From contig NC_088802.1 of NCBI RefSeq assembly GCF_011386835.1, positions 38,688,001-38,752,000 on the forward strand: a stretch of DNA of 64,000 nt, given 5' to 3'. The position numbers and the translations under genes are program-made. This DNA comes from Chrysemys picta bellii (Eukaryota). Of the stretch, positions 42,891 to 57,000 are shown in pieces. Every line of letters begins with the position of its first letter. The first letter of the stretch is position 1. The notes beneath the pieces were generated by a model. The model did no database searches. It worked only from the letters and a program-made list of their open reading frames with translations, and was not told the origin of the DNA.

Positions 42891-44759
42891 ACAAAAGGGC
42901 TTATCTGAACTGAGCCAAATGTCCTGAGGCTAACCCATCCTTGTTTATTCCCCAGAAGTCCAGAGCAAGGCATATCATATACAATGAACCAAAGGCCCAA
43001 GCTCTTTGAGGCAAGGGCATTCAGTGTAGTGTAGAAAGTAGCAGTATTTATCCACAGTGGACAGTTTGCACAGGAGATATTGAAATAGACATCAGAATAG
43101 CTCACTGGTTAGAGCACTCACCTCAGGTGGCAGAGGGGACTTGAACCAGGGCTCTCCTACATCCCAGGTGAGTACCTTAACCACTGGGCTAAAAGTTGAA
43201 GAAAGGCTTCCCTCCTGCCCAGCTTCTTGCAAAAACAGCATAGGTGCCTATGCAGAGGTTCACAGTTGAGAATCCCAAGTAGAGGGATGCATGTCCCTGC
43301 AGCCAGCACTTAAGCACCTATCTCCAAGCGGGAGGGGCTTAGCACGCCTCCCTCAGTTTGGCATCTCCCATTGCCTACCTTAGGCAAGGAGCTGCCTAGT
43401 GAGATAGCTTTTGTGAATCCCATTCTACACTGCCTCTCTCCATTTATTGTATCTCTGCCTTTCTCAGTTGTTCAGAGATATACTAATTTAAAAGTTGACA
43501 TTACAACTTGGCCCCATACTCAATCTTTAAACTCTGTATTTAGATGTTTCAAGAAAGCAATGAATGAAGCAAACATTTTAAAAGGTATTTTGAATATTTA
43601 TTGTAAATTCACACTTGGAGTATCTGATTTTCACAGACTTATTTTGTGCCCAGTAGTTACAATATGCTTGTTAATGGTTTACATACAAGTTCATGTTTCA
43701 CAGCTCTTGTAAACTGGTTAAGAGCCCTCATCTCAAGCACCGAAAGCCTACGGGTGTCTTTCTATTGACTTCAGACTAGTTTCTAACTTTGCAAGTAGAT
43801 GCAACAAAAGTCAGATTTATAGTTATGAAGCTAAGGACTGAAGGGTGTCTGAAGTGATTTCGATACTTTTCTGTTATGTTGAGAGGCTTTAAGAAACTTC
43901 CTCAAATAACCAGACTGCAGTGTTCAGCATGTTACCAAAAATTCATTTCCCACCTCTCATTTCAAGTCCTGCAAGTCCACTAAAGCCAGCTGACTCCTGC
44001 TTTGATGCCCTGTCATACACCATGCTGTGATGTCACAGCTCTCAAAGACATCTTTCTCCTGTTCTCCTAAAAAGCTAGTTAAAACCTGTATTTTAATAAC
44101 TTTTTTTTTAAAAGGTCAAGTTGTGACCTTCAGTTCCAGATTTGAACCTGCTCAAAGCTGGATGTAGGCTTTTTGTTTTTTAAAGTTTCTTTCTATACTT
44201 TAGAAACTAAGAATGTCACAAACAGGACTTATCTGGAGCCATGGATTGACTGAAGTTTTGTCATAATGCTGCAGTAGGATGTGTACTGGAACACTGCCTC
44301 TGAGCAAGAATCAGATGGCCATAATGGAAAGACCTACAACAAGGCAGAAGTATGCGGAATCTTGGGGGTGGGGAAGGGGGCATTCAGCTCATACTGGTGA
44401 GTGACTGGAATTTGCCACATTACTTTTTCAGGTCACTTTTACCTAAAAGAGAAATATTTTCAAAATTCAAGATCTGTCTTGATGCACTTTCTCCTTTCCC
44501 TATACTCTCACTACTAAGGACACAGCCAAGCTTGGCCTCATTCTTGTTTTCATTGTTATACACAGAAGTAAGTCTGGCCAAGTACGCATATTGCAGTAGC
44601 TGATTTCAGAGGCTGAGTTTCGGCATTGGTTGGAGGTAAAGATAGAACCCCACATCTTCATACTTAGTCATTCTAGCTGTGCTGATGCAAATTCCTTGCT
44701 GTGGATAGGGCCCAACTCAACTTCAGTGAAGTTGCATCCACTTTACTATACATGGGTAC

Positions 44760-44765
44760 TTTATT
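44760..44765 (-). terminator. Candidate HEXD polyadenylation signal AATAAA
   Basis: First minus-strand AATAAA, about 80 nt after the HEXD stop; usage not shown. Confidence 0.4.
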
Positions 44766-44842
44766 CCTCTGGCTATACAGTTACTCATGAATTTGCACCA
44801 GCCAGGGTCTTAGATAAGACGTTTGGCAGTTTGTGAGGGCAG

Positions 44843-45011
44843 CTAGGATTGTGCTTGTATTGCTTTGTCTAGGTCATCCACTACTTCCTGCAGTTTGTGT
44901 AAGCTGGGATGGACATTCTCCTCCATCCACTCTTCTAGGGTACACATGTAGAAAACTCTCTCAAGGGCTGCTTGAAGCTCTTGCATCACAGCATTCCACT
45001 TGGCTAGAAGA
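44843..45011 (-). CDS. HEXD: HEXD last coding exon
   Basis: [21 protein letters not shown]...[15 protein letters not shown]...QS* (TAG 44843-44845). Confidence 0.95.
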
Positions 45012-48000
45012 CTAAACAGAAACCAAAGGAAGAAGTGAACAGAGTGTGCTACAAGTCATGTTCTTCACCAGGATTATTAGCCAACTGCACCAAGTACATT
45101 TGCAATTAAGTCATGACAAAAGAGATGAGATGAGATCATCAGGTGACCCTTTGCAGAGAGAAGAAATGGAATTCTAGCATACTGTGCTGGAGCCTTAAAG
45201 TTCCATTTCTCCTGCAGGAAAGGATGTATCTTTTACAGGACTGCAATGGATTTAAAGCTGCAGGACTGTACCTTACATTTTGGGGGCAGTTAACCTCCGC
45301 ATCTCATTCATTCAGTGGCTTTAAAAAATGGTGCAAAGGAGTATCAGTTAAGGAGGAACTGTGCCTTTTTTTTTACTTGAAACCTGACCTTGAATTAGTA
45401 GGGATTTAAGTCACTACTAATTCAAGCAGTTTTTGAAATTTAATCTCCCCCTGCCATAGTAACTGTTAAAAAATCAGCATAACATATGAATTGACAAAAT
45501 AGGCTTTAACTTTAAATAGGCTTGGAAGGATTAGATTTTTATCGGTAAATGTTGATTTCACAATACATATACACACAAACCAACCAAAAAGAATTTCCAT
45601 GGATGATAGAAATGCTGGTTGAGAACCTTACTTTGTGTGAGCCCCACCTTAATGAGTATAAAATGTGTTGTAATGAATGCTGCCTAAAAGCATGTATTTA
45701 CAGCTCTGCTAAAACAGTTGGTGTATAAAGCTTTAATTATTTGAATCTCAATGTCTGTCAAATAATTATTGTCTGACCTCCTCTGCCCCCGTGATTTCCC
45801 ACAACTGTGAAAATTTAAATAGATAAAAATATACACTGATCTACTAAACAAGACCATGAATTGCATTGGCAGTGGACTGGGAGTCAGAGGATCTGCTTCT
45901 ATTCCAGATCCTGCCACTGCATAGTCACTTCCTTTCTGAGTAGCTGTCTTCCCAATCTGTAAAATGGGGAAAGTGATATTTACCTCTTGTAAGGCACATG
46001 AAATCTGTGGATGAAAAGCACTATACTATTTTTATTTCTCTCACATAGCAAAAGCTTCCTGTGGGATAACTCTGTACCTGCATTCCATGGAGCCATCCCA
46101 AGTCAAATACATGGGGAAAACCTATATGCTTCATGTTCGATTGTTTTATAACAACTAGGTTGCTTAATGTTGACTTATTCCAAATGATGGTGCTCAAGTT
46201 TGAAATCACAGAATGTTTTAAACACAAGCTTTATTTCCAGTATCTTGCAAAGTGGAGTGTTGAGTTACCTTAGTGCATCCGGCTGAAAATGATGCATCAT
46301 TATAGGATGAACGATCCTCCTCTTTCTGTGGTAGGGGCTGAACCAGCCTGTGACATACCTGAAAATACATCTCAGCCTGAATATTCCTTGAAACAGCAGT
46401 GACTGATGGGGACAGATGGCTGCAGGCCAGACTGAGGTGATGTAAGCAGGGCCGGCTCCAGGCACCAGCTTAACAAGCAGGTGCTTGGGGCGGCCAAGGG
46501 AGAGGGGCAGCACCTGCGGCAATTCGGGGGCAGCAGGTTCCTCACTCCCTCTAGGAGCGAAGGACCTGCCGCTGAACTGCCACCGCCGATTGTGGCTTTT
46601 TTTTTTTTTTCCCCCCAATTGCTGCCGCCGATTGCGACTTTTTTTTTTTTTGCTTGGGGCGGCAGAAATGCTGGAGCCGGCCCTGGATATAAGAAGTGGT
46701 TTAAATTGGAATCTCCCTCACACTGATGTAGACACCCTTGCACAGTTGTAGAATGGATCTAATGCAGTCTAAATTAGTGTAAGGGAGTCTAATTTATGCC
46801 ATTTTACACATCACCTTTGAATTTGGTTGAGAATGATAGTTTGGGTCCTAAGGCACAATATTTTGCCGTTATAATTTAAACACTAATCTTTTTCTCACTA
46901 GAACTTTCAGAAATTACATTTTGTCTTCAATGGCAGTAAAACTTTGATTCAGCAAAGAATTTAAGCATGTGCTGTGATAAAAAGGGATGGACTTAGGCAA
47001 GTGTCTGGGCAATTTGCTGAATCCAGGTCTAAATGTGTTATCCTCTGCTGGTATCACTCTATTTCAGAGCAGAGGGTCATGTAACGCCTTATCCACCAAC
47101 TAAGCTCCACAACTAAGAGCATTAGCCACCTTAGAGAAGTCAACTTAAGTTTTCTTGCACCATTTATGTACATTATGGGCCAATCACTTATGAGGAGACA
47201 GCAAAAATACAAAGTTTATTTTTTTTTTTACCTGTTTCTTTCAAGAAGTTCGTCTACTGAGGGCTTCAGATAGAAGCAGACCTGAGTCACAAGTGTAAAG
47301 ATGTCACTCCCTGGAAAGGTCCCTGAACTTTCACTGTCCAAAAAGAATATGTCAGTCTCCAAAATTACATCGCAACACAACAAGAAGCATCTGAATCCAG
47401 CAAGTGGGGCTTTACCTCATGAAAGTGTCGATTTCCAGACTTGAGAGCCCCAGCTGTTTCTCCACATTTTCTTTAACCTTTTCAGAATAGGCACCTGGGC
47501 AAAGGACAATCAAAGTAAGAGGGGAGCAGAGGAAAAGTGAAGCCTCAAATGGAAAAATGGGGACACAAATAGCTATAATACAAGTAAGGAGGGATTTTAA
47601 CTCTGCTTCCACTAAAGTCAATGGTAAAACTCTCATTCACTTAAACAGAAGCAGGGTTAGGCCAAAACTGAGTGCTTATGAAAATCCCTCCTACAGACTT
47701 CAGTAAGGTGTGTTAATTTTCCATTGAGAAATTACTACTGCCACCCCAGACCTGTCTGCCTAGTTTTTTTACATTGCATTTCCCTCTTAATATTTTTAGA
47801 CCATCTTAATTTAAAAAAAAAAGTTTCAGGAAGCTTTCCTAGCCCCCAAAAGAAGAAATGCAGAAGACAGAATTGACCCTTGCAGAATTCTACAGGTTAA
47901 GGCCTAGTCTACCAGTATAACTATTTAGGTTAAGGGTCTTTTTTTCCTGAAATGGTTATACTGATTCAGTCGCTAGTGTGGATGAAGTTATACAGGTATA

Positions 48001-51000
48001 AATACCTTCTACTGGTATAGCTTATGCCCCTTCCCATCTGGGAATTAGCTATACTGCTATAAGCACCTTGATGCTGGTATAGCTGCATCCATTTTAGGGA
48101 GGCTGTCCTCCTTTATCCACATTGGTATAGTTTAAGCAGAACAACTTGTTGGTATAGACAAGGCCTTAGAGTTAAATGTGGTCTATGTGTAACTAGTCTC
48201 ATTTCTGTATGAGCAACGAGTCAAAAATCAGTTTAAGCAGATTGGTTTCAAAAGCAATTCATAGCTTCTAATGCTTAAAAAGATTACACTTGAGAAAGGA
48301 AATCAATGTCAATTTATGCGCTACTCAAAAACACAAGAGGATTAGTATAATAAGGTTCCTTATTAAATTAATGGAACCACACAATGGGTGGAAACCACAG
48401 CAGCTGTTATTACCATAGTCATGCCTGTGTGCCTACAAAGAGTATGAAATTAGATCAGAAACACATTGTTTATAATCTAACAATTTTCATGATCACAGAC
48501 ATGCCTGTTAAATTTAAGAGGTGGTTTGATCTTGCAGAACTTTAGTCACAGTTAACTTTTATTTCTTTTGGAATAGATATTAGCTCTGATAGAGGATATA
48601 GACAGTGTGTACCATTCTGTAGCGCCTGTAGACACACAGCTAATGATGGGATTCCCACTGGAAGAAGCTCACATAAGACAGAGAAGTGGTCATACCTGAA
48701 ATAAATAAATAAATGTCCATTCAGTCAATGCTTTGCTGTAAATAGGTGCTGAATGTTAGCATTTCATCCAACAGTCTTGAAGTGTTTTATAAACATTAGT
48801 CCATCTCTCAGGATAAAGCACATCCTAACTCCCCCTCCAACGTACAAAGGGATAATTATACCTCTGTTACTGATGAGGAAACTGAGAAACAGATTAAGTA
48901 ATTTGCCCAAGGCAAATCAGGGTCAAAGCCTGAATTAGAACTCAGGATTTCTGGCCTTATCTTAGATCATACCTCTGTCCCATGAAACGCTTTTCTCCTT
49001 CTAATACTTACAATTATTTCCTCACGTAGTTTTGTGGTATTTGACACCATCATTACAATAGTTTATTCTTTTAACTATTCCATTTCTGGACTTGGGTATT
49101 AACTAGAGCAGCATTGGAAGGATAAACTTTAAGTGTCTGGCCACATTTCTATGGGGTAGCCCCCATTTTCAAGGGTTTAACTGGACTGGGAGATCAAGCT
49201 ACATTCATATTTTCATCCCATGAAGGATAAAAATAACTTGTGCTATCTGAGTTAGAGTGCAAACAATTTCAAAGGCATCCTGTGGAATGGTTTGTTTAAA
49301 TAATCATTGTCTGCAGGCCATTTAGTTGGTATGTAGATTAGTCCTATCAATGTTAAATATTAGCATAGGATGAGTAAAGTGGTCTCCATGCATCTGCAGA
49401 AAATAATCTGTAATAAATGTGTATTCAATACATCCATCCCCTCACCCAAAAGAAGAGTGAAATAAAACCCAGTTCAAGGTGACACAAAACAGCATTTAAA
49501 AAGGCTGAAATTCCAATCTTCATTTTGCCTTAACACTTAACTATTGGACGTGTCTTCAACAAGAGTCATTTCTACTGATTAACCTGGTGTGCTACAAAAC
49601 ACAAGCTCCCTAGTTAAGAATGTAGTTGAGTTAACTGAGTTTTTTACTCCCAGGTAGAGCAAATATTAATCGTCGTTGGATTTAGACCTGAACACCCTTC
49701 AGTTTTCCCCTCCACACTCCATGGCCTTAATGCTCCTGGGCCAGAGGACTGGAAGGAACCTTTTGAGACCCATCAACAACCCTCAGTTACTTGGGGAGGG
49801 GCTATAAGTGAGCAACAGGAGGCACTGCAGTATTCCAGAGTTCCCTGCAGCTCCCTGTGGATCCTTTATGCCTATCTTGATACTGTTCGGTGGGAATTTG
49901 TTTGCAGACATTCCATGGAACTGCTTAAAGAACAGCCCTTACCTTTGCCAGCCGGTCAGGGCGATGCCTTGGAGCATATCAGCAGGGGTGCTGTTTGCCA
50001 CTTTCAGCCACTGGAGATGGTTTTTTAGGTGGTGTCCAATCAGGGTTAGAGACTGATTCGCCCCAGTGGCTCCTTTAAAGGCACTAGCAAACCACAGCTT
50101 GGGGAAGCCACACTTGCGGTACTTTTCAATGAGAAGCACTGAAATATAAGACCAAGGGGACATGTACAGCACAAGGTGCTCAGTTTTAGCTGCATTACTC
50201 CTGTTCAGAGGAATTCTGGATCCTGAACTCTTGTGCAAAAGAGACACAGCTCTGGGTTTGAGCTAGAAGAGGCCAGAAGCAGCGTCACACTTTCACTCAT
50301 TGAAAAACACAGTACATTTGTTCACCAAAGGCTATTCTGGATGCAGGCACTGGAGCCAAAGTCCATTTGCAGGCAAATGTCCCTTACTGGCTTTTAGTGA
50401 GAGTCTTGCTGTCTATAAGATCAGGCCCATATTCTCAAGGTACTTCATTCATGATCTGATTCTGCAAACCCCACTCACGTGAGGACTCCTCACATGGCCA
50501 AGTGTTACTCACTTGAGTAAGGACTGCAGAATTGGGCATCTGGAAACCCCGCTGTTATAGCAGAGTCCACACAGGGCCAATTTCTTCTCTCACTCTGGGG
50601 TAAATCAGAAGTTACTCCCTCCAAAGATTTACACTGGTGCAGGTCAGAAGAAAATCAGACCCAATGAATGCAAACACTTCGGAGATTTAAGTTTCATCTC
50701 TAGAGTGCTCAGAAAGCTGGGTGTATACCTGAATGTATGGAACACCAAACAACTGTTAGTTACTGTAGCACCTAAGTCCTGGTCTACACCTAAAACACAG
50801 ATCGATCAAGCTACATTTCTCTGGGCTGTAAAAACGTAGACACAGCCAGGTCAATGGAAGAATTCTTCCATCAACCTAGCTACCGCCTCTTGAGGTGGTG
50901 GATTTACTACAGCAATGGAAAAATTTCTTCCATCACTGTAGAAAATGTCTACACTACAATGGCATAGCTGCAGCTGTGCCACGGTAGCTCTTGCAGTATA

Positions 51001-54000
51001 GACACACCCTAAGCATTTGAATATAAAATCTTTAAGGCTTGATCCAACTCCCATGGGAATCAAATATGAGCCTTTTCTCTGACTTCCACGGAACTTGTAT
51101 GAGGCCTTTAGGGTGGGATTTTCAGAAGTGCTCAGTATTAGTCTAACTGGACCCACTGAAGAATGCTCATTAACCTTCAACAGAAGCAGAATTAAGCCAA
51201 CGCTAAGGACTTTTTCAAATGACACCCCTTGTTGACTATGCTGAGTGCCCAGGCCAGTAAAAACAAGATGACAGGTAGGTGTGAAAATCCTGACCTTAAC
51301 AGATGAAAATCCTTCACAACAGGAGTGGAGAGAGAAAAATAAAGTTAGATGGAACAGGTACAATGCCACGAAGTCAGAGCAAAGGGGTTTGCTTACAACT
51401 TCATTTTGACAGTGTAAAATGGTGAGAGATTCTTGATGACAAATATAAGGTTTTTTTAAAGAAGCGACATGCCTAAAGTCTATATTCAGTTTAACAGAAG
51501 GGTAGGCTAAGATCATCTTTCCATATATTCTGCTGGAAAGAAAGGGACCATACTCCCCTTGAAAACCTTCCCAGGAGCAATAAATCAGTGTGCACAGATT
51601 CTAGCAAGATCTGCATAGTTGTCTCCATCACATACAGAGATTGTTATAATTAATATAAGTTAATATTAATATAAGTTAGTAGGAGAAGGTTTATTTAATA
51701 CAGCAAAAGCTTCTGGTGTCTGGGGACCATGTGATGTAAGAATTGGAAACTGGCCATTTTTAAGTTTGCATGCTCCGCGTAGTTCAGAATCAACAGTACA
51801 AACCTTTGTCATCCTCGTCAAGATCCGGTGCATAGTCCCAAATCATTGGCTCCATCAGCTGAGCTACCCCAGACTCTAGAAGGAGCAGAATTCGTTTTAA
51901 GTGATGCAAAATGGTCAGTTAAAGCTACGTGTGTGTTAATGCTGCAGTAATCAGCCCTGCATCAAACCCCACGGGATGGGTTTGTCAGCCTTGGATGCAG
52001 ATGTTCTCTACGTACAGAACAGACAAGAACACAAGCAGCACCAGAGCGCAAGTCCCTCCTGGCCTCTCCCTGCAAACTCTGGTTTAGAGAGGACTCTTCC
52101 AAGGTGAGGCTCCATTCACTCCTTAGATTCTTTCCTGACACTGTCAACAAAGGGACCAATTAGTGACCATCCATAGGATGGACACCTATTAGCCAGACTA
52201 AGGCCATATCAATGGAAGTACTGGTACAGCTGTGCCGCTGCAGCACGTCTGGTGAAGACACTCTATGCCGACAGGAGAGAGCCAACTCCACAAGTGGCAT
52301 AAGCTTTGTCGGTGGGAAAAGCTCTCCCATCGCCAAATGCTTATGTTGGTGTAATTTATGTCGCTCAGTGGGGTGGAATATTCACACCCCAGAGTGACAT
52401 AAGTTTTGCTGAGATAGGTGGTAGAGTAGACATAGCATAAGAGTCCTTCATCTCTAGCCAGTCTCATTATCAATCTCCTGGGCTTACCAGCGAATGTGGT
52501 TACAGGAACAAATGATCCTGCAAAGGTTTGATCCTGTATTCTTTGCACATATAAAACTTCCTCCAACTTCAGTGGAAATTCTGTATGTACAAAGTGCAGG
52601 TTTGGTCCCAAGTTACTTTGTAACAGATTAATTCACTTGGATTTAAACACTGAAGACTACCTGGCCATGCAGAAGCTGCTGCCAAGCATCAGTAAACATT
52701 GCAAAAAATCAGTGTTTAACCCAACCCCATTTTAAACTGTTCAGAGCAGGTCTTCATGGTAGCGTGATGACAATGCTGCTGGCTGGCTGGATCCCTGTTT
52801 ATATCAGGGCTGCACCAAGTTTAGCAATAGTTGGAAAAAGGCTAATGTGAACGAGGCCACTGAGCAATCCCACAATTCAGTTCTGGACATCCCTGTCGTG
52901 CACAGCGATAAACAGCAATGTCAAAGACACCCGGTCAGGGCTTCTCTCCGTTAGTCTGCACCATTGGCATGCAGGCACTTCTGTGGAGAGCAACTACTAA
53001 CTGGTGCACAAAACACTGCCCAGGCGGGTGTGGAAGTTGAGGCTAAGGACACTGATTCAAACCTCTGTCTTTATGTAAAGCTCCATGAAATTTTTTAAAT
53101 GGTCAGAGAGAGACGACAAAGACCCACACACGGCATCTTGATCTATGTTAGGTACTTATATGGCCCCTGTTACCACAGTATCTGAGCACCTCACTATTTG
53201 TAATGTATTTATCTTCAGGACTCGCCTGTGAGGTAGGGCAGTGCTATTATCCCCATTTTACAGAGTGAAAACTGAGTCACAGAGAGGCTATGTGACTTGC
53301 CCAAAGTCACTTAGGAAATCTGCAGCAAAGCAGGGAATTGACACCAGGGCTCTAACTACTGGGCAATCCCTCTCCTCTCCTTAGCTCTTTGTGAAATCAC
53401 TTCTGACTTCTTCCTAATTGTCACAACTGAATGACGAGTTGCCCAGTACAGTCTGTTTCAAACACGGGTATGTAGAGTTTGTTATGCTATAAAGTTATGA
53501 GAGGCGTCCTCCTGCCCAGCTCACATACCTGTCAGTGTTTCCTCACTCACCCCCCTGAGCATATCATCCCACACAATGGGCTTCACCTCCGGATGAGACG
53601 AGACCATGCAACTTGCAACTGCTTTCATGTGGGACAGACACAGCTTCTCTGTGCTGTTCTCTTCTTTCTGCAGCCATTGCTTTGATTCCTCCCCTTCACC
53701 GAGATAGTAGACCTGGGGGCACCAACCAAAAGACACTGCTTTATCATAGAGGCTCTTTTAATATGTCTCCTCCTTCATCCCTGTCTCCTCTTATTTTCCT
53801 TTTCGTGGATCAAAGAGAAGAGAAAAGGGTAGGGAAGAATGGATTCCCCATCTATTCAAAATGAAGACAAGAGCTCAGAGTTTCCCAAGAAATCTCCCTG
53901 TCGAAGCCTCCCTGAGCCTGTAGCAGGCAGCAAGCACAGAGCATCCACACGGTTTGGTAAGACGTTGGCCTATAATTCCGTTTAAATCCCATCCCACAGC

Positions 54001-57000
54001 TGGTGAGCACTCCAGCCTCAGTAGCTTTCATGTGGGGCTCCAACAGCCCAGGGAGGCCTCTACAGGCTGTGGAGACCTGTGTGCTGTGATGGCTGAAAGT
54101 CTGCACAGAAATGAAGGGGTTAAATATCCTAATGAATTAAACTACTTAAAGAAAACATTTTCAATGACTCGGCAAGTTAGAATAACCACCTCCTGGAAAG
54201 TCTGGGCAGAATCTTGAGGTACAACTCCTCCAGGAGCCTGAACAATCCTGTCAGCTTACCTAAGAGCCATCACACCTGTTTTCAAATCACACAGTGACAT
54301 GCACGTTGGAATGTGGCTCTGCACCCTAGGGTTAGAGTTCCTCTGGTAAGGGTACTTGGAGCTAGGGTTAGGGTTCTTATGGATAAGACTTCTCACTCTA
54401 GGGTAAGAGTTCCTATGGGTGGGGTACTTGGGGCAAGGGTTAAGGTTCCTATGGGTTGGACTCCCTGCCTTAGGGGGACTCTGTTCATCTGCCATCCAAC
54501 TGCCTGTAGAATTACCTGGGTGCTCTCCATCAAACTCATCACAGATAGAAACAAGTTTACGGCACTGAAAATTATGTGTAGATACCAATGGGCTTGGAGA
54601 GGGGTGAGGGAGAGATTATGATCCTGGAAAACTAGATCGGAGTTTCCAAGGTGGTTAATGAACAAAAGTGCCTCAGCCTAATGCTCTTTATATATCCATT
54701 CACGTGACTGTGGATGTTCTCATTATTCTTGAGAATCCCTAATCCTAACCAATGTACCTGGCACTACTTCTACGAAGTGGTATAGTGAGGGGATATGGCT
54801 TTGATTCTTTGGGACTTTAATATGACGTTATCATACCAAACCACTTTGCAGACAGAAATCACTCAGCACACCAGTGAAGTGCACCTCTGGGATAGCTGGT
54901 GGCAGTTGTGTAACAGCACATATCAGCAGGAAGAGAGGACTATGTCACCCAACAGAAACTAAGGGAGCATTTTTGTCAGCAGAACGTATGTTGCATTATT
55001 TATTATTTGTATTGCAGAAGCAGATAGGAGTCATGGCCAGGACCCCATAGCGCTAGGTGCTGTACAAACACAGAAAAAAAGACGGTCCCTGCCCCAAAGA
55101 GCCTAACTAAGAAGGAATTTGGCCAGGACAATGATGCTAATAACTTAGCTTGAAAAAACACGGGATATAGTTGAACATAACCAATCAGGACCTCAGGCTT
55201 GAAATCTGATTCCAAGTGAACCCCTTTTAGGCCAAGGGTCTTACTCAAGCCAAGTGCTGAGTTAGAAGCACCTTTCTGGAGCTAATACTTTACTTTTGAT
55301 CAACCTATTAAAGAAAATAAACTCCTTCTGTTGCAATCAGCGATATTAAGAATTAAAAATTACTTTTAGATTTAGCTTCTCAGAGCTGGAATCTTGTTGG
55401 TTCCCTTGCCTGAAAAGTTAATTTCACTCCGATGTGTCCTCAGCATCCACCACTAAATTCAGGGGGTCTCTGGTCCACCCAGACACAAAAAGATTTCTGC
55501 GTGAACCCTCGCTTTGTCCCTCAGCACTTGAGAGAAACGGTGTCATTAGGGAGAATCATACCTCATCAGAGCCTATGTGAAACCATCGTAAGCCATCGTG
55601 CAGCGCCACAACCTGGTCAATCATTGCATTGACCAGCATCAGGGATTCCTCTTTGTGTGGGTTGAGGGCATTTGGAAACATCTCCACTTCCCGGAGGTGA
55701 GAAAACTCTTGGTGTTTTAGGACAAACTACAAAAGATGAGATGTACGGATGTAACCACAGAATGACTGCAAGATCGACACAACTATGGTGCTGTCTCATG
55801 TCACTTTGGGATCCAATGGGTGCCACTGTTACAATTTTGGAAACTTTGCTGTGCTCAAGAAAATGACAGAGGCAGAGGACAAGCCCCAACAGAAAAATTC
55901 TGTCAGTTTATCTACTAGGGGAGGAAGAATCATCTTGTTGTTAAAGCCTGGGAATGGGAGTCAGGAGATCTGGGTTCTATTCCTGGTGCTGCCACTTACG
56001 TCCGCTGTGAAGTCACATCCCCTCTGTGTGTCTCAGCTTTCCTACATAGAAACTGGGGATAAGAGCACTCCCTGTCTCACTGGAGCGGTTGAAAAGATGA
56101 ATTCACTAGTGTCATTGGGGTGCTCTGGATTGCTGGATGGAAGGTGCTGTTAAAAGTGCAGAGTAATATCCCCCAAATGCTAAACACTAGAAACGACAAT
56201 GACCCATGGCCTACTCCCTGCTTTCCAGAATTCTCTAACCTACACAACATCCCCCGAATCCAGACATGCACTTACTTCCATGTGTCCAAAGGTCTGCACC
56301 AGAGGGATAACTTCTAACTTGTGCAATTTTGCCAAATTTAAAATCTCTTTAATCTCTGAGGCACTAGGAAAAGAGAGAGAAAGAAAGTGAGAGAGAGTGA
56401 GAGTACACACGCGTGGGTTATTTACACGAGGATCCCGGGACAGAGTGTTTAGAGTTAACCAAAGCCAGTAGCTTGTCAATTTCAGAAGGATGATGCTCTA
56501 ATATGTATAAGGCACCTTTTATCCCAAAGCTCTTCACAGGCTTTACTGACTGTACAGACTGCTATTCACTGTATAGACAGAAATCACAGGTAAAGGCTTC
56601 ATAGAGTTAACATTGGACAGCAACACTAACACAACTGGAAGGGAAGCACTTACCTTATGCAACTGGAATGCAGGGGTATTTATGGAGCAGAACAGAAACA
56701 CCTCCGTTGGCATTTGGCTAATATTACCTATACCTGTGAAAATTATCCTGGGATCCTTAGTGACCACATGTAGTCAGGATCCTGCTTTTATTTCTAGTCT
56801 AAAAGCTGGCATCTTTGGCAGCTGCTTCATACCATGCTGTGCTGTCAGTCCAGTACAAGTACTTGGCACTCAGACATAGCTCTGTACGCTTTTCAGAGTG
56901 TTGTACAGCCATTACAGTAACTAATCTCACTTACCTATCTGCCTTCTGGGGTGTTGTATCATTATTCCCTTTTACAGATTGGGGAAACTCAACACAGAGG

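Noticed and set aside
43100-43190. Head-to-head tRNA-like A/B box fragments
   Set aside because: Degenerate and embedded in a repeat-like segment; not a tRNA gene
50851-51516. 221-codon minus-strand ORF
   Set aside because: Crosses a Harbinger MITE and AT-rich palindromic relics in a HEXD intron; not protein-like
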